Shown here: piece after piece, positions 1 to 12,191 of the stretch | How the letters are laid out: each line of letters starts with the position of its first letter | How positions within the stretch are numbered: the stretch's first letter is position 1 | NCBI GenBank assembly: GCA_951406725.2 | Contig: OX597817.1 | Coordinates: 9,052,001-9,116,000 of the forward strand | Source of the DNA: Octopus vulgaris | Lineage: Eukaryota | Direction of reading: 5' to 3' | DNA length: 64,000 bases | Position numbers and translations under genes: made by a program | Notes under the pieces: generated by a model | Databases searched by the model: none | What the model saw: the letters and a program-made list of their open reading frames with translations, nothing else | Told to the model about the DNA's origin: nothing

Positions 1-176
1 TTAAAAAGTAACTCTCTGAAAATGTCTACGATGAGTCAACGATTTTTCAAAAAATTTACCATCATATTTTTTCCATTTTTAATGCATTTTTTGCTATTTT
101 TTGGCTATAACTCTCTAAAAATGCTTATATAGTTATTTCCCTTACAAACCCGAGCAACGCCGGGCGATACTGCTAG
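1..176 (+). mobile_element. Helitron non-autonomous element, 3' end
   Basis: Subterminal hairpin CCCGAGCAACGCCGGG then GATACTGCTAG|T; same terminus as copies at 20984 and 47191. Confidence 0.75.
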
Positions 177-204
177 TTATATATATATGTATGTATTTAT
201 GTAC

Positions 205-255
<51 letters not shown>

Positions 256-280
256 TAAATACATACATATAAATACATAC

Positions 281-311
<31 letters not shown>

Positions 312-531
312 ATACATATACACACACATATATATCAATAAACCCGTTTGTTTGTGCTTATATATATATTATGCGCTAGAATGGGAGAAAGCGCTAATAC
401 ATGATCTAAGTTATATGATGTATAAAAACATGTAATATACAAATAAATATCTGTAAATATAAAACCATCCGAATTTCTGAGTACCTTATTTCTTCTAATA
501 TTAAATACCTGTACATCATCTCCAAACCTTC

Positions 532-582
<51 letters not shown>

Positions 583-761
583 CAAAGGAATTCCTACTCT
601 GTCTGTTTTTTTTTGTTTTATTTATATTCTATATAATATTAATGTAGAATATAGAATATATAGTATATATAGTAAAATGAAATGAAGTATTGATTGTCTT
701 ATTGAATAGATGAAATACTGAATATCAAATATTAGGGGACTAGTATACTTTCTTGCATTAA

Positions 762-798
<37 letters not shown>

Positions 799-1210
799 AG
801 ACTATTGAAAAGGTTGCAAGACGCAATGGAAATTTTAGGAAAATAAAAATAAGAATTAAGTGGAAATTTTACCAGTGAATGTGTTAAATTATAAGGCACA
901 AAAAGAAGATGACTCCCCCAGACACAACAGAATATGCTTCAACACACGAACTCATATAAAGAATCTTGCAAATGAAATCCAAAAACGAAATAATTCCCTT
1001 CAGTATTCACTTTATTCTGTTAAAAGTAATATTTATTCACGTGGTTTTGCATTATCTCATAGCTTTAAAATTTTGATGAGGTAACTGTCAATTTTTGGAA
1101 TGGTATTGTAAGGTAGGTGTAAGAGGCTAGATCTGGCCAGTTTGAACATAAAACAGGTGGAATATTTTGGCCGGATACGGCTGGTGAAAATGCTAAAGGG
1201 ATATATTATG

Positions 1211-1604
1211 TGTAGGAGGGGCAGTGTGGTAAGTAGCTTGCTTACCAACCACATGGTTCCGAGTTCAGTCCTACTGCGGTGGCACCTTGGGCAAGTGTCT
1301 TCTACTATAGCCTCGGACCGACCAAAGCCTTGTGAGTGGATTTGGTAGACGGAAACTGAAAGAAGCCCGTCGTATATATGTATATATATGTATGTTTGTG
1401 TGTCTGTGTTTGTACCCCCAACATCGCTTGACAACCGATGCTGGTGTGTTTATGTTCCCGTAACCTAGCGGTTCGGCAAAAGAGATCGATAGAATAAGTA
1501 CTGGGCTTACAAAGAATAAGTCCTGGGGTCGATTTGCTCGACTAAAGGCGGTGCTCCAGCATGGCCGCAGTCAAATGACTGAAACAACTAAAAGAGTAAA
1601 AGAG
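1211..1604 (+). mobile_element. tRNA-derived SINE, family A (octopus OR-like)
   Basis: A/B-box head, CCTTGGGCAAGT CORE-like motif, internal (TA)n/(TG)n, (AAAAGAGT)n tail; more than 12 copies in window. Confidence 0.9.
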
Positions 1605-2108
1605 TTATTATTTAACGCATCATCTCTTATTTTGTTTACACTAAGTGAATTTACACACACACATATACAGTAAACTTTCGATATACGAGTTAATTTGTTC
1701 CCGGATATCGCTCGTAAAATGAAAACTCGAAAAGCAGAGCAATAATTTCTCGTAGCAGTAATGTTATAAATCGTAACAGAATCGTTCCCCGAAAAATATT
1801 TTACCTATAAAATTTATAATATTCGTAAATAAATGGAAATAAAACAAAGTAGAACGTAAAGAATATTGTACGTGAAGTAGTATCGATCGCAACAGCTGAT
1901 GTACTTACGCGTACAAATGCACGTTCCCACGGCTTTATCGATCGCATTCTCACCTGGAATCGATTTTTGTAATTTTTTCAAGACTTATACACGTCCTGAT
2001 ACCGTCGGTATCTACATATCAATTTTAAGCGCTATCGGATGGAGGATGCCCGAGATCCTAAAAGACACACACACAGACAGAACGATTTTATGTTATATAT
2101 ATATATAT

Positions 2109-2479
2109 ACTCTTTTACTTGTTTCAGTCATTTAACTGCAGCCATGCCGGAACACCACCTTTAGTCGAGCAAATCGACCCCAGGACTTATTCTTTCTAAG
2201 CCTAGTACTTATTCTATCGGTCTCTTTTGCCGAAGCGCTAAGTTACGAGGACTTAAATACACCAGCATCGGTTGTCAAGCGATGTTGGGGGGGACAAACA
2301 CAGACACACACAGATACATATACATATATACGACGGGCTTCTTTCAGTTTCCGTTTACCAAATCCACTCACAAGGCTTTGGTTGGCCCGAGGCTATAGTA
2401 CAAGACACATGCCCAAGGTGCCACGCAGTGGGACTGAACCCGGAACCATGTGGTAAGCAAGCTACTTACCACACCGGCA

Positions 2480-2481
<2 letters not shown>
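2109..2481 (-). mobile_element. SINE family A
   Basis: Reverse-complement match to other family A copies; an older degraded head fragment follows at about 2523-2685. Confidence 0.9.
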
Positions 2482-2526
<45 letters not shown>

Positions 2527-4108
2527 GGTTTCCACACTGTTTCCGCCTACCATATTCATTCACAAGGCACTAATGGGCTTGGGATTATAATAGTAGGCGC
2601 TTGCCCAAAGTACTACGCAACCGCGCAGTGAGAATGATCCCGAAACCATGCGATTGCAAAGGGAGCTTCTTAATATCACACCCATGTGTGTATATGTGTG
2701 TGTGTGTGAGTTTAGTGGGGTATATTATACGGGCGGATACTGCAGTGGCTCTCGGTAAAGTTCCAGTTTACGGCTAACCACATCGATCAGTATTTAAAAT
2801 CTGTAACCACTATTAGTTGTCAGTCTGTGAATTCTTCCAATGGGTAACTCCGTGTTCGCTTCGCTGGACTGTAATATTGCCTGGAGTATATATTAGTAAT
2901 AATTATAAAGAGTATGGCGAATTGTTCATCCTCGAAACTTTTTCTCTTTTATTTGACAATTAGATACAGCGTATATAATAATTAAGACCTACACGTAATT
3001 GTAAAGTAAGAGAAAATAAATTTTGAGGATGAACAAGTTTCCATACTCTTTATAATTATTACTAATGTGTATGTGTGTGTGTGGGGGGGGGGAACATATT
3101 TACTAACAGAAAAGTATGCCATCAAAATAAATTATATTTTACATATCTTTTTTAAATCACTCTGTTGCCCTAATTAAATTCCTGACACACATGCATACAC
3201 ATACGGATACACACGCACACACACACATACATACACACACACACACTCACACATGTACGCACGCGCGTATCAGACAGTGGCCTCAGCTAAAACTTAAACT
3301 TGGTCACAGAATTTAATATTTTATCATATCACTAAGTAGTTTGACAGACTGACCATATAACATAGGTTGAGAATATCAACAACAATTTTGAAGAGAAAAT
3401 ATTCCGATAGAGCATTCTGCTAGCTAAATATACTTTTGGTAGTGTCTCAAATACATAAATAATGAGACAAAAATATTCGATTATCACAATGTCCATATAA
3501 TTTTTTAACCTTTTAGTTAAGATGGAATCCTAAGAAGTTTAAAAGAATTGTAAGGACAACCTCTGTAACTGAAGATTTTCGTCACATTATTTACAAATTT
3601 GAGATTCTAGGCAGTATCGAAGACCCTTTGGAAACCACCAGTATTTGTAGGAGGTATAAAGTTACCATCAAACCGAAGACCTGCCCAGAGGTGTCTTAGT
3701 AGTATTAATGGTCATTGGGCTAATCAATGCATTGGATCCTATAATATTTATTTATTGACCGCAAGCCACAGCATAAATAGATCATAATTAAGCTCCTAGG
3801 GTTCTGAGGCACCTGGGGAACTGCCCAGTATAGCCCTGCCTTAAGATGATGCAAGACCATCGAATGTTTGAACAGAGTAGACTCCGCTAAATGCACCTAA
3901 GGTCTAGCGAGTGATATTAAACTGGGTGACGTAGGAAGTCTACGCCTCAGCAGGTGATGGCAAGTTTCGAACTCAGAACGCTAAGAACTGGAACTAATAC
4001 TGCAAGGCAGCCGATTTGATGTTCTTACACTTCTGCCAAACCACTGCTCTGAGTTGGTACTTTTTGTTTTTATCAACACCGAAATAATGAAAGCCTAAAT
4101 TGATCCTG

Positions 4109-4674
4109 TGGAGGCGCGTGGCTTAGTGGTTAGGGTGTTGAACTCATGATCGTAAGGTTGTGGTTTCGATTCCTGGACCGGGTGATGCGTTGTGTTCTTG
4201 AGCAAAACACTCCATTTTCACGTTGCTCCAGTCCACTCAGCTGGCAAAAATGAGTAATCCTGCGATGGACCGGCGTCCCGTCCAGGTGGGGAATTTCTAC
4301 GCCACTGAAACCGGGAAACCGGCCCTTATGAGCCTGGCATGACTCGAGAAGGAATATTTATTTGTGGAGGCACATGGCCTAGTGGTTAGAGCAGCGGACT
4401 CGCGGTCGAGGGATCGCGGGTTCGAATCTCAGACCGGACGATGTGTGTGTTTATGAGCGAAACACCTAAGCTCCACGCGGCTCCGGCAGAAGGTAATGGC
4501 GAACCTCTGCTGACTCTTTCGCCACAACTTTTTCTCACTCTTTCCTCATGCATCTTGAAGCTCGCCTGCGACGGACCGGCATCCCATTCAGGTGGGGAAC
4601 CAATACACCAAGAAAACCGGGAAACTAGCCCTTATGAGCCAGGCGTGGCTCGAGAAGGAACAAACAAACAAAAC
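4109..4674 (+). mobile_element. Heterodimeric SINE (two different tRNA-headed monomers sharing a 3' tail)
   Basis: Heads TGGAGGCGCGTGGCTTAGTGG (4109) and TGGAGGCACATGGCCTAGTGG (4365); single 12-bp TSD AAATTGATCCTG at 4097-4108 and 4675-4686; interrupts an old family B SINE. Confidence 0.85.
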
Positions 4675-5088
4675 AAATTGATCCTGGCGGGATTTGAACT
4701 CAGAATATAAAGAGCGATAACAAATGCCACGAAGTATATTATTCGATACCGTAACAGCTCTGCAGCACAAAATCTACCTGTAAAGGTGTTTGCGATTATT
4801 TTATAAAAGAAATGATCAGCTGATATTACTAGCGATATCTTCCTCGCTTGGTTCTTTTTCGTAGAGTTTAAGCCCGGCTAGAGGAAGTTTTTGTTGTCAC
4901 ATTGCCAGATAATCTTGGGTTTCGAAGTTTTTCAACTCACTGTATCTCGTATGTGACTACCGTATGCACCATAGGTTGTTAGCTTGATATGACACCCCCA
5001 ATCCCCCACCCCCAAAAAAAGAAAAGCAAAGAAAAGAACAGTACCATCAACAACAGTACTAGCAACGGATCCTTTACATAATGTTCGA

Positions 5089-5531
5089 TCTTTTATTCTT
5101 TTATTCTTTTATTCTTTTACTTGTTTCAGTCATTTGACTGCGGCCATGCTGGAGCACCGCCTTTAGTCGAGCAAATCGACCCCGGGACTTATTCTTTGTA
5201 AGCCCAGTACTTATTCTATCGGTCTCTTTTGCCGAACCGCTAAGTGACAGGGACGTAAACACACCAGCATTGGTGGTCAAGCAATGCTAGGGGGACAAAA
5301 GCACACGCACACACGCTCACACACACACATATATATATATATATGTATATATGTATATATATATATATACATATATACGACAGGCTTCTTTCAGTTTCCG
5401 TCTACCAAATCCACTCACAAGGCATTGGTCGGCCCAGGGCTATAGCAGAAGACACTCGCCCAAGATGCCACGCAGTGGGACTGAACCCGGAACCGTGTGG
5501 TTGGTTAGCAAGCTACTTACCACACAGCCAC
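5089..5531 (-). mobile_element. SINE family A
   Basis: Near full-length reverse copy with (TTTTATTC)n tail. Confidence 0.9.
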
Positions 5532-6011
5532 AGATAGAAATAGTAACCAAATCCTTCTTAAACGGCCAATTGGCTGGAGTGCATTTACTCAAAGGACTGC
5601 CCACTTTATCAGAGCTGTCAAATGGCTAAACAATAACAGTAGAAAACCGCAGGTGTAGTATCTCGACCTGCTAGCGATAACAGCTAAATTTTCCTCAGTT
5701 TGCATCTTTAGTCTCAAACAATCAATCGGCCATATTGGAAAATGCCGTCTTAAATACACTGTCTGGAATTTTAAAGATAAAAAAAGACAGAATGTATACG
5801 ACTGAAACGCCTTCTGTCACAGGTTTCATCAATGAATACCTACCTGGGTCTAAATATCAACAACATATATCACCTTCGTGATATTCTGTTCTACTCCTAT
5901 ACCACCCATTACCGTTTCCTTCCCGTGTGTAGCCTGTGGGGCCGGGTGGGGGTACGTATGCACACACACACACACACACATACACACATACACATATATA
6001 TATATGTGTAT

Positions 6012-6043
<32 letters not shown>

Positions 6044-6111
6044 ATGTGTTTATGTATGTGTGTGTATATAGTATATATATATGTGTGTGTTTGTGTATAG
6101 ATGTATATATA

Positions 6112-6735
6112 AAGGGTCATTCAAAAAGAATGAACCGATTTCATTATGCAGTATTTTAATAAGGAAAAGCAATAGAAAGCTCCAGGCAAGTCAGAAGATT
6201 TTTTTTATTTATGCGCCCTTTTCAAGCCTAGCCAGGCTCATGGACCCGGCTTCCCGGTTTCTGTAGCGTATGTGTTCCCCACAGCTGGACGGGACGCCAG
6301 TCCATTGCAGCGTTACTCAAGGAACAGGAAGAAAGAGTGAGAGAAAGTTGGAGCGAAAGAGTACAACAGGGTTCCCCACCATCCCCTGCCGGAGCATCGT
6401 TGAGCTTTAAGTGTTTTCGCTCAATAAACACACACAACTCCCGATCTGGGAATCGAAACCGCGAGTCCACTGCCCTAACTACTGAGTCATTGCGCCTCCA
6501 CCAGTCAGAAATATCTATTCACAATCAACTTTTATTTCCTGTCTTACAAGCGTTCAATGTGGCCACCACCTGCAGCACGGGCAACATCAATGCGATAAGA
6601 GAATTCCTCCCTGACGTGTATCAGCATATCACGACCCACTGAGTGTGTGATTTTTTTTCCTGTAGGGATATATGTAAAAGATCGCGTTTATGTTCCACCG
6701 CTACCCACTAACTTTAAACATAGAATAACAACACG
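6112..6735 (-). mobile_element. Tc1/mariner transposase C-terminal fossil, rearranged, interrupted by a SINE
   Basis: Minus strand EEFSYRIDVARAAGGGHIERL*; plus-strand piece ..YVKDRVYVPPLPT at about 6644-6735. Confidence 0.7.
6197..6502 (-). mobile_element. SINE family C
   Basis: Head rc GTGGAGGCGCAATG..AGTGGACTCGCGG; 8-bp TSD AGTCAGAA at 6189 and 6503. Confidence 0.85.
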
Positions 6736-6747
6736 AGACACGCTAAT

Positions 6748-7128
6748 AAACGGTCAATGTCTTCCTCGACGGTGGCAGTTGCAGGACGTCCAGACGTTGG
6801 GTCATCAAGTCTCTCCCTTTCTCTCCTAAATTCGTCTGTCCACTTTTGCATTGTTGATAAAACTAGAGCGTCATCTCTTAATGTAGCAACCATATCAGCC
6901 ATTAGGGGGTTAAACCACCCCACCAATTTTTTTTTTTGCATGTACTTGCAGCATCTCGATACCAAATTTTATTCATTTTCAAGAAAAGTCGCAGCATTTG
7001 AAGTTTTCTTTGAATAACCAGATGTCAGTTTATCTGGAAAGAAAAAAAAAGCAGTTATTAATAAGAAGAGTTGAAATTAATGCATGCAAAATTTCACAGC
7101 TTTAGCATCATCCTTTCATAGTTGGCTT
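6748..7128 (-). mobile_element. mariner transposase N-terminal (HTH) fragment
   Basis: DMVATLRDDALVLSTMQKWTDEFRR..DPTSGRPATAT; homologous to copy at 42175-42870. Confidence 0.8.
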
Positions 7129-7172
7129 AGACACACACACATACCACGCGCGCACGCATAATAAAAGTTGAG

Positions 7173-7271
<99 letters not shown>

Positions 7272-7379
7272 TCACTCTCTTTCTCCCTCTGCTCCCCGCT
7301 CCCCGGAATACATTCGCCACAAGTAGAAACAAAAACAAACAAAAGAATTTGTTTATCAATATTATATTCTTCGATTACT

Positions 7380-7978
7380 TATCTCTTTACTACCCACAGG
7401 GGGTTAAACACAGCGGGGACAAACAAGGACAGACAAACGGATTAAGTCGATTATATGAACCCCAGTACGTAATTGGTACTTATTTAATCGACCCCGAAAG
7501 GATGAAAGGCAAAGTCGACCTCGGCGGAATTTCAACTCAGAACGTAACTGCAGACGAAATACCTATTTCTTTATTACCCACAAGGGGCTAAACACAGAGG
7601 GGACAAACAAGGACAGACATAGGTATTAAGTCGATTACATCGACCCCAGTGCGTAACTGGTACTTAATTTATCGACCCCGAAAGGATGAAAGGCAAAGTC
7701 GACCTCGGCGGAATTTGAACTCACAACGTAACGCAGACGAAATACCTATTTCTTTATTACCCACAAGGGGCTAAACACAGAGGGGACAAACAAGGACAGA
7801 CATAGGTATTAAGTCGATTACATCGACCCCAGTGCGTAACTGGTACTTAATTTATCGACCCCGAAAGGATGAAAGGCAAAGTCGACCTCGGCGGAATTTG
7901 AACTCACAACGTAACGCAGACGAAATACCGCTAAGCATTTCACCCGGCATGCTAACGATTCTGCCAGCTCACCGCCTT
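7380..7978 (-). mobile_element. SINE family B, trimeric (one head plus three ~183-bp bodies)
   Basis: Head rc AAGGCGGTGAGCTGGCAGAATCG; body GTCGACTTTGCCTTTCATCCTTTCGGGGTCGAT x3; TSD TTATATTCTTCGA(T/C)TACT at 7362 and 7977. Confidence 0.9.
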
Positions 7979-8041
7979 ATATTCTTCGACTACTAGTAAT
8001 GACCATAAAAAGTAACAACATTCATAGAAAATATATATATA

Positions 8042-8204
8042 AGGCGCAGGAGTGGCTGTGTGGTAAGTAGCTTGCTTACCAACCACATGGTTCCGGGTTC
8101 AGTGCCACTGCGTGGCACCTTGGGCAAGTGTCTTCTGCTATAGCCTCGGGCCGACCAAAGCCTTGTGAGTGGATTTGGTAGATGGAAACTGAAAGAAGCC
8201 CGTC

Positions 8205-8270
<66 letters not shown>

Positions 8271-8484
8271 TTGTGTGTCTGTGTTTGTCCCCCTAGCATT
8301 GCTTGACAACCGATGCTGGTGTGTTTACGTCCCCGTCACTTAGCGGTTCGGCAAAAGAGACCGATAGAATAAGTACTGGGCTTACAAAAGAATAAGTCCC
8401 GGGGTCGAGTTGCTCGATTAAAGGCGGTGCTCCAGCATGGCCGCAGTCAAATGACTGAAACGAGTAAAAGAGCAAAAGAGTAAA
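8042..8484 (+). mobile_element. SINE family A
   Basis: Full-length copy from AGGCGCAGGAGTGGCTGTGTGG to AAAAGAG tail. Confidence 0.92.
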
Positions 8485-8931
8485 CCACAGATCCTTGCAA
8501 ACAACCTTCTTTGGGGGAGTTCAGATATTTATTCTTTCCCGCACTCCCCACAGAAGGCATTAATGACGTCAGCGAAACAGTTTTCAATTAAGAAAGAAGA
8601 ATGAGGTTGACGAAGAGAAGAGTGGAAGGTGATTAGAAGAATATAAACGTAAAAACAATAGGTTTATGTGTCATGGAAACCGTTGTACAGAGAAATATAG
8701 AGAAAAATAAAATAAAAAAAGAAACTAGCAGCGGACGAAATCGTAACAAAACTTGCCATGACAAGCCTCAACAGCAATAAATGTAGGACTGTTACACTTT
8801 ATGGAAAGCCCTATTTATTTTTGTTATAGCTTATTAAAAACCACAGACATTACAGAAAATAATATATCGAAAAACACTGAGAGAGAAACAAATACCGTAA
8901 TTAAAGGGACGGAAGTTAAAATAGTCAAATA

Positions 8932-9678
8932 CAGGTTGCCGTCGACTTAAGACTACAATTTGTTCCGACTGACTGGTCGTAAGTCGATTTGGTCGTAAGT
9001 CGGCCTATAAGCCTACATCACGTGATCACGTGACCGACCAGACCATCAGATGTTGCTACACATCGCTGGTCACAATGCGTTCGCATTGTTTTAGCCCTCG
9101 AGTGACGCCACCCCGCTGGCTAAGCGAGCAGGCCAACAGAAGAAAGTGGGAGAAAGAGTACAGCAGGGATCACCCCCACCCCTGCCGGAGCATCGTGGAG
9201 CTTTTTTAGGTGTTTTCGCTCAATAAACACACACAACGCCCGGTCTGGGAATCGAAACCGCGATCCTCCGACCGCGAGTCCGCTGCCCTAACACCGGGCC
9301 ATTGCGCCTCCACATAAGCCTACATAGCTTTGTTTTATATTTTTACATTCTTAAGGTACAATCTCAGGTAAAAGTCACACAGCATTCAGTATTATACTAT
9401 TATTCTGGCGTTAATCAAAAATTTCGGAGTCTCAAGAAGTCGTCTTATAAACAAATACGAGGTTGCCTCGATGTCTCCGTGACAGGATAGTCATCCAAGA
9501 CAGTGGCGATCGATAACCAAACCCAGGGGAAGCGTTTATTAGCTGACATCATCCGTAGACAGGTTAATTTCTATGAAATTAAACCCATTAGATTTCAACT
9601 GGACTTTTTATTATTGTTACCGGGAGCTGGCGCGCCAATCGTCGTAAAGTCAATCGGTCGTAAGTCGACGACGACCTG
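8932..9678. mobile_element. Tigger/pogo-like MITE
   Basis: TIRs CAGGTTGCCGTCGACTTAAGAC and GTCGTAAGTCGACGACGACCTG; TA on both flanks. Confidence 0.85.
9019..9313 (-). mobile_element. SINE family C (second tail type), nested in the MITE
   Basis: Family C head and core; perfect 12-bp TSD ATAAGCCTACAT at 9007 and 9314. Confidence 0.9.
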
Positions 9679-9684
9679 TAATTG

Positions 9685-9886
9685 TTTCTAACATTGGCAC
9701 AAGGCTTGAGATTTTAGGGAAAGGGATAGTCAATACCATCGACCCTGGTACTTGATTGGTACATTATTTTATAGATACTGAAAGGATAAAAGACAAAAAT
9801 TAACCTCGGGGAGATTTGAACTCAGAACGTAAAGAATCGAAAGAAATAGTGTATGACGTTTTTCCAATGATCTAATGATTCTGTAA
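9685..9886 (-). mobile_element. Old SINE family B variant
   Basis: Degenerate GGATAAAAGACAAAA..CCTCGGGGAGATTTGAACTCAGAACG body. Confidence 0.7.
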
Positions 9887-9947
9887 ATACACGAGTGATA
9901 ACTGAAAGATGAGAACTTCTATGTACCTTCATTATTAGGCCAACTGA

Positions 9948-10330
9948 GGCGCAATGGCCCAGTGGTTAGGGCAGCGGACTCGCGGTCGTAGGATCGCGGT
10001 TTCGATTCCCAGACCGGGCGTTGTGAGTGTTTATTGAGCGAAAACACCTAAAGCTCCACGAGGCTCCGGCAGGGATGGTGGTGATCCCTGCTGTACTCTT
10101 TCACCACAACTTTCTCTCAGTCTTACTTCCTGTTTCTGTTGTACCTGTATTTCAAAGGGCCAGCCTTGTCACATTTTGTGTGTCACGCTGAATCTTCCCG
10201 AGAACTACGTTAAGGGTACACGTGTCTGTGGAGTGCTCCGCCACTTACACGTTAATTTCACGAGCAGGCTGTTCCGTTGATCGGATCAACCGGAACCCTC
10301 GTCGTCGTAACCGACGGAGTGCTTCCATCC
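9948..10330 (+). mobile_element. SINE family C (third tail type)
   Basis: Head GGCGCAATGGCCCAGTGGTTAGG..GGTTTCGATTCC; TSD ATTA(G/T)GCCAACTGA at 9934 and 10331. Confidence 0.9.
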
Positions 10331-10707
10331 ATTATGCCAACTGATTTTACTATCATATACTAGTATGATTAGTAATACATTGTCATTGTAAGTTTAATAA
10401 TTCTGCTACTTAGACAAGGACTTTTTAATTTTGCTCAGTTTCAATAGCAAAATAAACTCCAGTAACGTTTACTAAACAGTCTTTCGATAAAATTGAAATA
10501 TTCATAAGTACTACTTACAGTAAGTAACAAGTATATAGAGAGAGGTGGGCAAAGGTCTATGCGCATTTCCTTTTAAGTGGTGGCCTTGAAAATAGATTAA
10601 TGTAAAGATGTCCCATCTTGATAAGCCCCATATGAACTGGGGAGTGAATTTCTTATGTCACTTGCAACTCATCCTCGACTAAGCATCTTTCTTTGCTCTC
10701 TTTTCAG

Positions 10708-12191
10708 GTGTAAGCATGGAACGGGTATCCCGCATAGTGAGTTACTATCCACACCACGCAACATCACAGTCGGAAATGAGAGGAGGTGTCAGAAAGGAAG
10801 ATAAGTTCAGCAAACATCAAGCTGTTGTGAATCACGTCAAAAGCTTTAATTGCAGGGCAGATCACTATGGGAGACGTGGAACCCCAGTCCGGAAGTACTT
10901 ACCGAGTGATTTGCCTGTAAAGAAAATTCCCGAGTTTTTTGAGAAAGAAAATCCTGCTCAAATTAGTTATGCAGTCTACTATTCCATTTTTAGAACTAAG
11001 TTCAAATCGGGCTTTGGCCATCCCGCCACTGACGTGTGTGCTACGTGCTTACTGTACAAATTAGAAATGAAAGATCCAGACATGACGGATTTCTTTCTTT
11101 CTTTTACTTGTTTCAGTCATTTGACTGCGGCCATGCTAGAGCACCGCCTTTAGTCGAGCAAATCGACCCCAGGACTTATTCTTTGTAAGCCTAGTACTTA
11201 TGCTATCGATGAACAGAAGAAACAGAAAACTGCAATGTTTATTCTACACAGGAGAAAAGCTATAGTTTTCTACGACATGTTGGGACAATTTGTGCCGGAT
11301 TCTGTTACAATATGCTTCGATATGATGGAAAACCTTGTACTGCCAAAACCCCCAATAGGCCAGACATATTACTCACGTCAGCTGGACATGTATCTGTTCG
11401 GCATAGTTGTGCACCATGGCCTACACAGTGAGCAGTCCAGACATGATGTGCATTTATAAACCTGGATGGAGCATAAGAACAGAAAAGACTCTAACATGAT
11501 AGCATCTGCTCTAAATGACTGCTTATGCACACACCTACGTACAACCGATACCGAAAAAGGATATCTGCACCTTTTCAGTGATTGTTGTTACGGGCAAAAT
11601 AAAACCATGGGTCCTATTCGTGCTCTCTGTCCTGCAGAAATCAACTTTCAAAGATTTGAAAATCGAATATCCCTTCCCAATTCGTGGACACAGCTTCCTT
11701 CCTGCGGACAGACTATTTGGAAGAGTAGAACAGCAATTAAGGAGGAAAGATATAATGTCTCACCCAAGGTGGGGGTATTATGCTGTGTAGCGCCAACACG
11801 GTCAGCTACACATCTGTGGGGAAGACTGAACTGCTTTCGACTTCAAATCTGAGACACACGCTTTTGTTCGGGCCTAGAGGTCATTTAAACTGAGCGAAAT
11901 CCGTATGCTTGTACTTCAGAATGATCATGTAGGAATCAAGACAACGTATGCCGGGAACTACAGTTTCCAGCCAATCTTGAAGACAGGAAAAAAGTGGTCA
12001 GAATTCAGGGCAGCCGTTCTGGACATGGTGTCAACAGTGACAGCCAAAAAATGGACGTGAAAAAGCTGCTGTCTGAAATTGGCATTCGTGAAGATGCATT
12101 CTACATCCGTGCTCTCAGAGATACACGGGACACACGACGGGAGGGAGGAAGTCACACTTCCGATGATGATGAGAGAGAAAATGATCCATAG
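10708..12191 (+). pseudogene. Sola(1)-type DDD transposase pseudogene
   Basis: Motifs DHYGR..RKYL, DVCATC, CFDMMENLVLP..YYSRQL, WME..DSNMIASAL, LFSDCCYGQNK, FPIRGHSFLPADRLFG, KMDVKKLL..FY; disrupted by stops, frameshifts and a SINE fragment. Confidence 0.8.
11091..11207 (-). mobile_element. 5'-truncated SINE family A inside the transposase
   Basis: Family A 3' end flanked by GAT repeat; removal rejoins ..MTD-EQKKQKTAMFIL in frame. Confidence 0.9.

Noticed and set aside
4365-4440. tRNA genes at SINE heads (also 4109, 9948, 16000)
   Set aside because: A/B boxes are present but the acceptor and anticodon stems do not close, and each continues into a SINE body
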